Both the position numbers and the translations under genes were made by a program. The notes below the pieces were generated by a model. The model worked only from the letters and a program-made list of their open reading frames with translations. It was not told the origin of the DNA and did not search any database. From a virus: a stretch of 64,000 bases of DNA. Of this stretch, positions 54,344 to 63,083 are shown one piece after another. The stretch is taken from positions 5,828 through 69,827 of IMG/VR virus record IMGVR_UViG_3300028800_000087; one strand, given 5' to 3'. Position 1 is the first letter of the stretch; every line of letters begins with the position of its first letter.

Positions 54344-55467
54344 TAACCCAATCCGCCACCTGTCGCGCCGCCGGTTGCGGTCCCGCTGGGATATAGCGGG
54401 ACTGACTGGCCTGGGGCCGCACTGCTATCCAGCGCGAGGCAGATCAGCTTTGCGTACCAGGGGTTGCCGCGACTATCGCCTTCGAAGTCCTGCACGATGA
54501 CCCGATAGAACCCATCATCGACAACCGAGGCATAGGCGCCGGCGAAGGGGTTGTCATAGGATGGCAGAATGTTGCCGTCCTTGTTCTGGGTCTGATTGAC
54601 CAGAGCATTGTTGATCTGTATCCGCGTTCCCACCATGATCTTGGGATTGATCAGGATAGTAAGCTCGATGCCTTGCTGGGTGGACTGCGGGACCCCGACC
54701 AGACCAGTCTGGCTTGTGATGACCGGGACCTCGTTGGGCAGATAGCCGGTCAGCGGCACCATGACGATCTTGCCGTTCTGGACCACCCAGGTCGTGCCGG
54801 TAGTCTTGGCGACAGTATCGAGATGCTGCATCGCCATCCCAAACAGGACCCGACCGCGCGGCAAGGTCCCGCCGATGAGGTCGTTGCTCTCGCCGCTGGC
54901 AGGGTCGTCAGGGGGCGGGACAACCGGGAAGCCATATGGTCCCAGGACCGCGCTCAAAGCCGCCAGCACGTCTTTCTGCGAGGCCCCTGGGGCTAGTGTT
55001 TGGTTGACCACCGAGAAGTTGTAAGGGAGATCGCCTTCAGTCGCCATGATGTCGAGGAAGCTATCGACATTACGCTCGCGGCCGATGCGCGTCTGAACGA
55101 TTGTCCCATCAAAGATGATGCCAAAATTGGTGTTCTCGTACCCGGCCTGGACAACGACGCGCGTGAACTCCTGCTGTATCTGCTTGGCGGTCCGGTTAGC
55201 CAGATTGTAGACGCGGATCACGGCGGTATTGGGGCTGCCGGCATCCTGCTGCCTGATCTGGAAAGTAAACCGGAAGGCGGACAGGTCAAGCGCGGGCTGG
55301 GTGGTCGATCCGCCTGGACCGTTGGGACTGCCGACAATCAGCGTCCCCTTGCGTATCCATTGCAGGCCGCTTTCAGCGGTCTGGGACGCTGCCGCAATGT
55401 TATCCGAGGTTAGGTTGCTGAAGTTGACCTGCGCGCCGCCCTGCCCAGCTGTAACCGCCGCGCTCAT
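54343..55467 (-). CDS. Baseplate hub protein
   Basis: PNTA.IRVYNL, AGY...G.IF.G, TGLVG.P and GDSRGN.WY motifs. Confidence 0.8.
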   Translation of the reverse strand: MSAAVTAGQGGAQVNFSNLTSDNIAAASQTAESGLQWIRKGTLIVGSPNGPGGSTTQPALDLSAFRFTFQIRQQDAGSPNTAVIRVYNLANRTAKQIQQEFTRVVVQAGYENTNFGIIFDGTIVQTRIGRERNVDSFLDIMATEGDLPYNFSVVNQTLAPGASQKDVLAALSAVLGPYGFPVVPPPDDPASGESNDLIGGTLPRGRVLFGMAMQHLDTVAKTTGTTWVVQNGKIVMVPLTGYLPNEVPVITSQTGLVGVPQSTQQGIELTILINPKIMVGTRIQINNALVNQTQNKDGNILPSYDNPFAGAYASVVDDGFYRVIVQDFEGDSRGNPWYAKLICLALDSSAAPGQSVPLYPSGTATGGATGGGLG

Positions 55468-55553
55468 GGCCATACCACCCAGATGCCATGCAGCATGAGC
55501 AGCAGGCTAGCGCCAAACAGACCAACAACCAACCAGAACAACCAGCGCGGCAT
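55464..55553 (-). CDS. 29-aa membrane peptide (not in ORF track)
   Basis: MPRWLFWLVVGLFGASLLLMLHGIWVVWP; TGATG and ATGA coupling. Confidence 0.5.
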   Translation of the reverse strand: MPRWLFWLVVGLFGASLLLMLHGIWVVWP

Positions 55554-55864
55554 CACGGTAATGGGGCCAAGAGGCAGCCCACTCCCCATATGTTTTGGAT
55601 CAGGTCAGCGCTTGCGCCAACTGCTTTCAGCTTTGCCCGCAGTCGATGAAGATGAACGCGCATTGCGTTGATAGGTCTTTCCGGTTCGTCCTCCGGCGGA
55701 GACCATACTGCGCTGATCAGCGCATCAAGCGTGACAAGCCGCCCGCGCCGAAGGGCCAGTTGGGTCAGCAAGTCGTGCTCCCTGCGCGTGACCCTGGCGA
55801 AGCCTTTTGGCCCAACCAGAAGGCGGCGGTCCGGATCATATGCGGCGGGCGGCAATGCGATCAT
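55553..55864 (-). CDS. Stand-alone OmpR/PhoB-type winged-helix DNA-binding protein (CtrA-like)
   Basis: T.RE..LL..LALRRG, DEPE, RVHLHRLRAKL and IQNIWGVG motifs; no receiver domain. Confidence 0.8.
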   Translation of the reverse strand: MIALPPAAYDPDRRLLVGPKGFARVTRREHDLLTQLALRRGRLVTLDALISAVWSPPEDEPERPINAMRVHLHRLRAKLKAVGASADLIQNIWGVGCLLAPLP

Positions 55865-56169
55865 GTCGTCACATAATAGAGGTTGCCTTGCGACCCCAGG
55901 TTATAGAAGGTCGGGACCGCCTGGGGGTCGTTATCGGTCTGGCAGACCAGTTGCCCTGTAAATCCCAGATAGTCGTAAGCAGAAAGCAGGTTGGCGCCGG
56001 TTATGAGCGGCAGGCCGTTGACGATCGGGACATTGTTGACATCCGCAATGTCAAGGACCCAGCATTGGGCAAATGTGTTCCATTTCAGGTTCATGTTATA
56101 GATGATGCCGCTGAGCGGGATGCTCAGGCGTTGCGGTGCGGCGATCAGGGGGACGCGGTATGCGGTCAT
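55861..56169 (-). CDS. Baseplate plug-type protein
   Basis: WN....WVLDI.D, GLPLITGANLL..Y.YLG and PT..NLG motifs. Confidence 0.78.
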   Translation of the reverse strand: MTAYRVPLIAAPQRLSIPLSGIIYNMNLKWNTFAQCWVLDIADVNNVPIVNGLPLITGANLLSAYDYLGFTGQLVCQTDNDPQAVPTFYNLGSQGNLYYVTT

Positions 56170-56891
56170 GCTTCCAACGTCGCATCTTGTGGGTTGAACT
56201 TATCCCCTGGCTGGACCTGTTGCTGCCCGGTCTGTTGAACGGGCGTTGTCGCCTGGGGCTGGGCCTGCGCCGCACTGTTGATCGGGGCCTGGACAACGGT
56301 TGTCCGAGCAATGAATAGTTGGCGAAACTGGCCTTGGATAATCATGGCGTTTTCCAGCGCCTCATCCGTTCGGATCGTCAAGCCCTGGATCAGCATATTG
56401 TCGTAAGTGCGCTTGCCCGTGTAGATTTGCAGCAAGGTGCGCGTTGCCTGCAATGCAAGGAACCGTTGGTAAACCTGCTGTAGGAAACTGCTGTTGCCTT
56501 GCGGGAAGAACCCGGCAAGCGTCGGGATCGGGATGATGCCGGCAATGGTCGGCAGGCCGGATGCAAGGGCGCTGGATGTTGTGTATCCAAGGTCCATATG
56601 CAGCAGCGACGGCAGCTTGAATGCATGATCGCTGATCACTGACCCCTGTTCAACGGGATGGTCGGTGATGATCATCTCATCGTGATGTTCCTCAACCAGC
56701 GCCACATAGCCTGATATCCCCTGCTGGCGCCCGATCGGATTGGTTGTAATCGTCGGGGCGCCATCCGGTCCCTGGACCATCGTTGATGATGGAACCGGCC
56801 AAACGATCTGGCGCGTTGGCTTGGCGACAATAGAGCTGATGATCGACCGGACATAGCCGGCGCCCGAGAAGGCAGTTGCAAAGCCGCTCAT
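56166..56891 (-). CDS. Baseplate/tail tube initiator (Dit-like)
   Basis: E.H.D...ITDHPVE.G..ISDHA and TGKR.Y.NMLI motifs. Confidence 0.8.
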   Translation of the reverse strand: MSGFATAFSGAGYVRSIISSIVAKPTRQIVWPVPSSTMVQGPDGAPTITTNPIGRQQGISGYVALVEEHHDEMIITDHPVEQGSVISDHAFKLPSLLHMDLGYTTSSALASGLPTIAGIIPIPTLAGFFPQGNSSFLQQVYQRFLALQATRTLLQIYTGKRTYDNMLIQGLTIRTDEALENAMIIQGQFRQLFIARTTVVQAPINSAAQAQPQATTPVQQTGQQQVQPGDKFNPQDATLEA

Positions 56892-58729
56892 GCAAGGACC
56901 GCTGTGCGGAAGTCCCGCACCATTGATGCATTAGCCTGTTCCAGAGATCGCCTGACATTGTGGCCGGTTTCAGTGCCGGTGCCGCCCGGCTGGACGGTCA
57001 CGTTGTTGTTGTTATGAATGGTCACGTGCTTATCGCCCCCGTTATTGGTCGTTACCGGGGCGCCAGCGCCGAGCGGGGTTGCATGGCCGGACTGGTTCAT
57101 CATGCGCTCGATCTTGCTGATGTAGTTGGAAGTCTCGCGGGGAAGGTGATCGCGCCACTTATCGCCAAATTGTTGAATATCCTTCATCACATTGCCCTCG
57201 CCCCAATTATAGCCGGCAAGGGCTTGGGCAACATTGCCCTTGAACATCGTCAAAAGATCATGCAGGTAATCCGATGCGCCACGCGCAGCCTGCTTAAAAT
57301 CAAAGGGGTTGCCCACGCCATAGCGGCGCGCAGTCCCAGGCATAAATTGAAAGTCGCCTTCCGCACCTGCGGGGGATCGGGTATTGCGCCCGCGACCTGA
57401 TTCGGTTGCCCAGACCGCATCAAGAACGCCGCCCGGCAGACTGCGGGTGCCTTCTAGAAAGCGGAAGAGAGAGGCAGAGGTCGCGGATGTTGCCGCATCG
57501 GGCATAGGACCGGGCGCTGATTGCTTTTGCACCCCGCCTGGGGCGGCGCCACCGGGGGCAGTTGATTTGCCGCTACCGAACCCAAACAAACCAAGGAACT
57601 TGTCGATCATATCAGGCGTCGATGGGATGTTCTTGTAGGTATCCTTGTTTGGCTTCATGCTATCGCCGGTGATCCCATGCGACTCCAACAGCGTTATGAG
57701 CTGGGTCAGCAGTCCATAGACCAAGCCCAGCGGGCCAAACATCCGATACAGAATAATGTCGGCAATGGCCTCAAAGACCAGCCGCCACTTGTCGGTCTGG
57801 CCGGTCAGCTTGGCGATCAGATCAAACAACGGGTTGAGGTCGTTGATGATAAGCTGGACGCCGCTGGCCATCTCCTTGAAGACCGCCAGGATATCCTTGC
57901 CGTGATCCAACAGGAACTTAGTGATCTTTTCCGCCCAATCCAGGACGGTGTTGGCCATCTGGATCAGCGCGGCGGTGATCTGATCGCTGTTAGCCAGCAA
58001 CCACTTTTTGAGGCTATCAAGTTCCGGCCTCAACCGCGTCTCAATAGCGGTTGAAATTTTGATCCACATCAACTCAACGACTTCGCCCAACGAGCGAAGT
58101 GACCGCATAAACTCAACGCCAGTCTTGGCGGCATCGGTCAGGTTGACCCCGACCTGACGCGCCATATCGCGCCATTCCTGCTCGCGCAGTTTGACCTGAT
58201 CCATGTTCTGCAGAAGCTGATACAGCGTCCGCGAACTGATCCCAAACATTTCGCCATACTGCGCGGCGATATAGAACGGCATCTTACGAAGGCGCTCAAG
58301 CAGATCGCCTTCAATCTCAACCGTGTCCCGCAGATTGCCTTTCAGGTCGCGGGTCGCAACGCCAAGATGGCGCAGCAAAGCCTCATTGCCAGGATTGGTA
58401 CGGATGGCGCTGGCAAGGCTTTCCAACGCGCCGGCTGCATCGCCAGCCGATAACCCGACCTGTCGAAATGCATATTCAAAGGCTTTAAGTGTTTCAACAG
58501 CAGCGCCGGACCGCTGGGAGATATAATAAAGCTGCTCCATCGCGGACGCGGTTGCAATGACGGCAGCCTTGATCGCCGCGGCTGCTGCCTGCAAGGACAG
58601 GACCAGTTTGCCGGCAGCCTTGGTCATCCCATCGATTGTTGAGAAGAACGAGCGCACATCGTTCTGATGGACATCGACGCCCAGACCGATCAGGAACTCG
58701 CGAATGGTCGAGCGGCTGGTGCCTGACAT
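56888..58729 (-). CDS. Tape measure protein with lytic transglycosylase domain
   Basis: Helical N-terminus; TES, GAEG.FQFMPGTA, ALAGYNWGEGN and PRET.NY SLT motifs. Confidence 0.88.
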   Translation of the reverse strand: MSGTSRSTIREFLIGLGVDVHQNDVRSFFSTIDGMTKAAGKLVLSLQAAAAAIKAAVIATASAMEQLYYISQRSGAAVETLKAFEYAFRQVGLSAGDAAGALESLASAIRTNPGNEALLRHLGVATRDLKGNLRDTVEIEGDLLERLRKMPFYIAAQYGEMFGISSRTLYQLLQNMDQVKLREQEWRDMARQVGVNLTDAAKTGVEFMRSLRSLGEVVELMWIKISTAIETRLRPELDSLKKWLLANSDQITAALIQMANTVLDWAEKITKFLLDHGKDILAVFKEMASGVQLIINDLNPLFDLIAKLTGQTDKWRLVFEAIADIILYRMFGPLGLVYGLLTQLITLLESHGITGDSMKPNKDTYKNIPSTPDMIDKFLGLFGFGSGKSTAPGGAAPGGVQKQSAPGPMPDAATSATSASLFRFLEGTRSLPGGVLDAVWATESGRGRNTRSPAGAEGDFQFMPGTARRYGVGNPFDFKQAARGASDYLHDLLTMFKGNVAQALAGYNWGEGNVMKDIQQFGDKWRDHLPRETSNYISKIERMMNQSGHATPLGAGAPVTTNNGGDKHVTIHNNNNVTVQPGGTGTETGHNVRRSLEQANASMVRDFRTAVLA

Positions 58730-58962
58730 CAGTCCTTACCATCGTTGATGCGCTGGCGGTTTTCATCCGCCATGTCGATGATGTCGTTCATCCGCGCGAT
58801 ATCGACAAGGCGCAGCGGGCCATACTCAATGTCGGTGTAACTACAAAGGCCGCGTTCCGCAGGTCGGTAAAGCCAGTCCTCGCCCTCGGGATGCCCGATC
58901 AGCTCAACAGTCAGCCCTGGACGGCTGCGCCGTTTGATTGGCCAGGGCTCGCGGGAAAAAAA
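58729..58962 (-). CDS. -1 frame extension of tail assembly chaperone (gpGT-like)
   Basis: Open from the T7 run with no upstream start of its own; PEGEDWLYRP...C.Y....G.L.L.DIA.MND; stop overlaps the tape measure ATG. Confidence 0.8.
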   Translation of the reverse strand, partial: FFSREPWPIKRRSRPGLTVELIGHPEGEDWLYRPAERGLCSYTDIEYGPLRLVDIARMNDIIDMADENRQRINDGKD

Positions 58963-59360
58963 TCAGCATAGTTCTCCCGTAGCACATAAAAGACCAGTTG
59001 CATCTGCTGCGGGATGCGGATGTCCTGAAACATCAAATTACCATTGGCGCCGGGCGGGATGATGGCCTGCGATCCGGTTGGGGTCCGGCGGCGAACAACC
59101 GCCAGACAGGTCTCGATCACATAGTCGCTGTCGTCATCCGTCATAGCCGCGAGCGCCTTGGCCAGCGGGCCAACCTTCTCAAAGAACTCATCGGAGGCGC
59201 CGCCCAGCTCATCCTGCAAGGCGGCAACCAGGGCTTGCGCCGATGCCATCCCATCAGTCAGTAAAGGCAGCAGGCGGCGCAGGACGTTGCGGGCGGGGCG
59301 CGGGCGCAGCTCCCCGATCAGATACTGGTTGCCGTTGACTTCCACTTCGGCCTCAGACAT
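58911..59360 (-). CDS. Tail assembly chaperone
   Basis: 149 aa between tube and tape measure; ends ENYADFF at the slippery site. Confidence 0.82.
   Translation of the reverse strand: MSEAEVEVNGNQYLIGELRPRPARNVLRRLLPLLTDGMASAQALVAALQDELGGASDEFFEKVGPLAKALAAMTDDDSDYVIETCLAVVRRRTPTGSQAIIPPGANGNLMFQDIRIPQQMQLVFYVLRENYADFFPASPGQSNGAAVQG
58955..58964 (-). other. Programmed -1 frameshift slippery site GAT TTT TTT C
   Basis: A7 at 58956-58962 on the plus strand; -1 frame has TGA immediately before the run and is open after it. Confidence 0.8.
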
Positions 59361-59416
59361 CAGGAACCCTTTCTTGGTATATAGGCTGGTCTATCAACCC
59401 AGGAGCAAAGCAAACT

Positions 59417-59743
59417 ATGAAGAAAGCCACTATCGTTCATTACACGGCGGTCGCCCGCAAGACCTATGCACTGGGCCTAAGTGTCGGGGCAGAGGATGGC
59501 TATCAGCAAGGATACGAAGCAGGCTTGAAGGTCGGAGCCAATGAGACGCAGACTGCTTTGGCCGAGATCGCCAACGCGGACAACCTGATCAGCGAAACCA
59601 ACCTCAATACCCTGCGAGACCTCCTGCATGCAGTCGGCGGGGTCCCCAACGTCTACCCGCTGATCTGCGCCTGGATGCGGGGCGATGGCAGGTCCGACCC
59701 AGAAGAAGACATGCGCCTACTGCGCGTCTGGGCCTACGCCTAG
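59417..59743 (+). CDS. Hypothetical protein on the opposite strand inside the tail operon
   Basis: 108 aa; AGGAG RBS; G...GY..GY.AG repeat; fills the tube-chaperone gap. Confidence 0.65.
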   Translation: MKKATIVHYTAVARKTYALGLSVGAEDGYQQGYEAGLKVGANETQTALAEIANADNLISETNLNTLRDLLHAVGGVPNVYPLICAWMRGDGRSDPEEDMRLLRVWAYA

Positions 59744-60201
59744 ATCGAGGTAACGCCGGCCCCTAGCAGCATGTCCACCTGACCAGCATCCCAGGTCCAT
59801 TCCAGCATTGGACCTTCCTTGTCATAGGTCACGGTTGGCTGTTGCAGGAAAGCGCAGCCTTGCGTTGTGATTTCATCCAGGCTGGTCAGCTGGTTTACCT
59901 GGATGATGTTCTGACCATGCGCGGATGGGTTGCTGGTATCCGCGTTGTACATAGCCGATAGCAGGGCATTGGTCGGGCTGTTCTTCAACAGCCTGACCGT
60001 GACCTTGCCACCCTTGCCTGCATGCAGGCTATGCATCCAGGTCCCATCGGCGCCGATCTTCATCGTGTTCTTGGGTTCCCGCATCTCAACGGTGATGCCC
60101 CCTTCATCGACGCCAGCGCCTTGCCCCAGGGGGAAGGCTCCATTGGGACCAATGATGGTGCAGACCGTGTCCAGGAAGCTGTAAGTGTAGGGCAGGGGCA
60201 T
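59740..60201 (-). CDS. Tail tube protein (DUF3277-like)
   Basis: YSFLD, NTM.IGADG..MHSL and LLK.SP.N..LS motifs. Confidence 0.88.
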   Translation of the reverse strand: MPLPYTYSFLDTVCTIIGPNGAFPLGQGAGVDEGGITVEMREPKNTMKIGADGTWMHSLHAGKGGKVTVRLLKNSPTNALLSAMYNADTSNPSAHGQNIIQVNQLTSLDEITTQGCAFLQQPTVTYDKEGPMLEWTWDAGQVDMLLGAGVTSI

Positions 60202-60212
60202 GTCAGGGCTCC

Positions 60213-62039
60213 TTATTGGTTGATGGTGACCGAGATATCAGCCTCATGGACCGCGCCGGCCAGCTTGGCCGCGATCTGGAAGGGGACGCTGACCCGGCGC
60301 GCTCGGTCAGCCGGGGACTGACTGGCGACGGGCGGCTGATAGATGTAGTAGCCCTTGGATAGGAAGGTGCCGTTGGTGATCGCACCGAAGCCGGTTGTCT
60401 GCCAAGTCCCAGGCGCCAGGAGGCCGTTGTTGACCGCCGCGACGCATGCCGCCTGGATCGCTGCGTTCAGGATGTTCATCCCGGCATCGGTCTGCGGAAT
60501 CTTGGTCGGTGTTGTATATAGCGCGTTGAAGACGTTGGTCTGAATGGTGATCGCAAACCAGTCCGCGCCGATGATGGTATCAGTATACTGGCCGCTGACC
60601 GATGTCCCATATTGGATGATGATCGTGCCGTTGTTATAGTCAACGAACACGTTGCAGTTGATCGCCTTGAGGGCATTGGCCTGGGTCTGCGACAGGTTCT
60701 CGCCAACAACCCCCGGCTCCTGCTTGTACATCTCGGTGATCGTTGTGTTGTTGCCGGCCCAATTTGTGGTCAGGATGCGGGCAAGATAGCTGACCACCGC
60801 GTAGGGGTTGCTATCGCTGAACTGGCAACAGGTCTTATTGTAACCCAAGGTGGACAACTGATAGGGAAGGCTGGTCTGGTCATTGGGGACCAGCGCGGCG
60901 GCCTCGTTGCTTGTCGCACCATAGTAATGCTTAACAACGGTCCCCTCGATATATTGGGCAATCGATAACACATCAGCATCGACAAGCTGAGCCGCGACAA
61001 CCGACAACCCATACCATTGATTAGAATAGAGGTTGTCCAGGGAGATGACCGCAGTCAGCGCGGTTTCCGCCGCAACGCCATTGGCCGTGTAAGCCCCGCT
61101 GCTGGTGGTTGCCATCCCTGATAGGGTCGCAATCGAGCTGGTCTGACCGCCCGCCAGCGTCGCGGCGGAAACCGCGAGATTGGTGCCGGATTTGGCCAGG
61201 GTCAAAGCGTTACCGCTGGTCCCCGCAGTTGCCGCCTGCACCCAAACTTTCAAATTGGGGCTATCGATGTAATACTTGAACTTGACAAGCTGGGTATCGG
61301 TAGATGCAAGCAGGAATGCGTTGAGGTTGGCCAGGGTGTTCGCAGTGCTGCCGCCGATCTGGACCTGATTGCCGGATGGCGCGCCGGACACAAAGGTAAC
61401 GACCGTTCCGTTGAATGTGAACGTATCGGCGGGGGATGGCTGGCCGGAAAGGATAACCGCCCCTTGCGCGGTCGGATCGGACATCAGGCTGATTGTTGAG
61501 GTCAGCCCAGGGGTGCCGCCCAAAGTAACAAGGAACTGGTGGTTGCTGCTATTCCAGACAACGGTAGCGCCGGATGCGAAAGTATCCAACCCCGTCTGGA
61601 TAACAGTGGCAACGCCATTCAGGTTACTGACGCTGGCAAAGTTGAGCCCATCCACAACAACCGGCAGACCGTTGATCAGGATGCTAAAGCCGGCTGAGGT
61701 CAACACCGTCCATGCGCTGATGAGCTGGCTGGCCCCTGGCAGCGCCGCCCCGATAAGTTGGGCGGTTGTGGCGGTCGCGGCCCAACGTCCAATGTTGAGG
61801 GACAGCGGTTGCGGCGACTGGCCAAACCATAGCGCCGCTGCCAGATACTCGGGCGAGGTGGTAAGGAAGTCAACGGCAACAGCGTTCAGCGAAGTATAGG
61901 TCCGCATACGCTGGACAACATCGATCACGTTGCTGCTGCCAACGATCAACATGGTATCAATATTCTGACCTTGCGCGGGGGTCTGCGACAGGCTGACCGA
62001 CACGTTGACAAGGTTAGAAACCGGCAAGCCTTGTGCCAT
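60213..62039 (-). CDS. Tail sheath protein (DUF3383-like)
   Basis: SPEY.AA...FGQ.PQP, YKQEPGV, KIPQTDAG and KLAGAVH motifs. Confidence 0.9.
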   Translation of the reverse strand: MAQGLPVSNLVNVSVSLSQTPAQGQNIDTMLIVGSSNVIDVVQRMRTYTSLNAVAVDFLTTSPEYLAAALWFGQSPQPLSLNIGRWAATATTAQLIGAALPGASQLISAWTVLTSAGFSILINGLPVVVDGLNFASVSNLNGVATVIQTGLDTFASGATVVWNSSNHQFLVTLGGTPGLTSTISLMSDPTAQGAVILSGQPSPADTFTFNGTVVTFVSGAPSGNQVQIGGSTANTLANLNAFLLASTDTQLVKFKYYIDSPNLKVWVQAATAGTSGNALTLAKSGTNLAVSAATLAGGQTSSIATLSGMATTSSGAYTANGVAAETALTAVISLDNLYSNQWYGLSVVAAQLVDADVLSIAQYIEGTVVKHYYGATSNEAAALVPNDQTSLPYQLSTLGYNKTCCQFSDSNPYAVVSYLARILTTNWAGNNTTITEMYKQEPGVVGENLSQTQANALKAINCNVFVDYNNGTIIIQYGTSVSGQYTDTIIGADWFAITIQTNVFNALYTTPTKIPQTDAGMNILNAAIQAACVAAVNNGLLAPGTWQTTGFGAITNGTFLSKGYYIYQPPVASQSPADRARRVSVPFQIAAKLAGAVHEADISVTINQ

Positions 62040-62072
62040 AGGATGAATCCCTTTCTGGTGCCGCGATTGTGG

Positions 62073-62444
62073 TTATGAGCTGCAAACAGTATTTTCGTTG
62101 TTCCAAAGCTGGCCGGAACCAGCGGGTCCTGCGGTCAAGGGTAGGTTGCCGCCGCCCAATGCCAGAAGTTGGGCCGCGGTAACTTCGCCAAAGAAAACAA
62201 GCGGGGCGGCGGGATCGGGCGTTGCGCCAGGAGCTATCCCAATCGAGATGCCATTGTCCCAAAGATCGCCGGGCGCCAACCCATCGGGGGAACTTGGATA
62301 ATTCTCGCCCAGCAACAGCGCCAGAAACCCGTTATCGTTCCAAAGCAACGACTCTGGTGCGGGGGTCGGGGGCGCGCTGGCAATGATCTGGGGGCTTAAC
62401 GCGCCAAGCTGATCGAATGGCAGTCCCGGCTTTGCATTGGTCAT
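62073..62444 (-). CDS. Hypothetical virion-associated protein
   Basis: 123 aa; repeated LWN.NG/G.LWDNG motifs. Confidence 0.65.
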   Translation of the reverse strand: MTNAKPGLPFDQLGALSPQIIASAPPTPAPESLLWNDNGFLALLLGENYPSSPDGLAPGDLWDNGISIGIAPGATPDPAAPLVFFGEVTAAQLLALGGGNLPLTAGPAGSGQLWNNENTVCSS

Positions 62445-62450
62445 AGGAAT

Positions 62451-63062
62451 TCAAGCCGCTATGGTTTGGGTGATCCAGGGCACAGGCGGCTCTCCGCCAT
62501 CGAACAGGATGGTCCCCTCTGCCTGGATGATGGTTTCAATCGGGTAGATGCGCTGGACCATCCGGCGCATGCGGACCTCAACATCAACGCGATACTGCCA
62601 GCGCATCTTGAACAAGACCGGGGCAGGGGTTGGGGGGCCGCTATCAACGACCGCATACCCGGCAAGCTGCAAGACCTCGCGGTTCTGTCCAATCTGCAAC
62701 TGATCGACCAGCAACCCAGCCAGGGCGTCCGCCTGCCCGTTAACGCCCAGATCGTAAAACATGCAGCGCAGCAGTAACCCTTCATGCCGGATCAGGGTAC
62801 TGGTGCCAGGATTGGGCGATGGATTGTGATGCAGGTCCGCAATATAAGTATCAGGGGTGCGACTATGAATGCCGAACGCAACCCACGCAATCCCCGCATC
62901 TGGGATATTGGCCGGCTCGCCTTGCCAGATCGGGCGGACCAGCGTTGCCGGCATATTGAGGATACCAACCAGCCAAGGTTGCAGGAACTCAAGAAGCGCC
63001 TGACCTTCAAGCGGTCCGGAGGTTGGCTGGATTGGGCCGCCGGTCGCGGATGTATTTACGAT
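62451..63062 (-). CDS. Neck/tail terminator protein
   Basis: NTSATGG...PLEG, LVRP.WQ..P, W.AFG and Q.GQNRE.L motifs; frame extends 36 codons upstream of the annotated ATG to an ATC after GGGGAGG. Confidence 0.75.
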   Translation of the reverse strand: MVNTSATGGPIQPTSGPLEGQALLEFLQPWLVGILNMPATLVRPIWQGEPANIPDAGIAWVAFGIHSRTPDTYIADLHHNPSPNPGTSTLIRHEGLLLRCMFYDLGVNGQADALAGLLVDQLQIGQNREVLQLAGYAVVDSGPPTPAPVLFKMRWQYRVDVEVRMRRMVQRIYPIETIIQAEGTILFDGGEPPVPWITQTIAA

Positions 63063-63083
63063 GGCCCGGTCCTCCCCGCGCTG

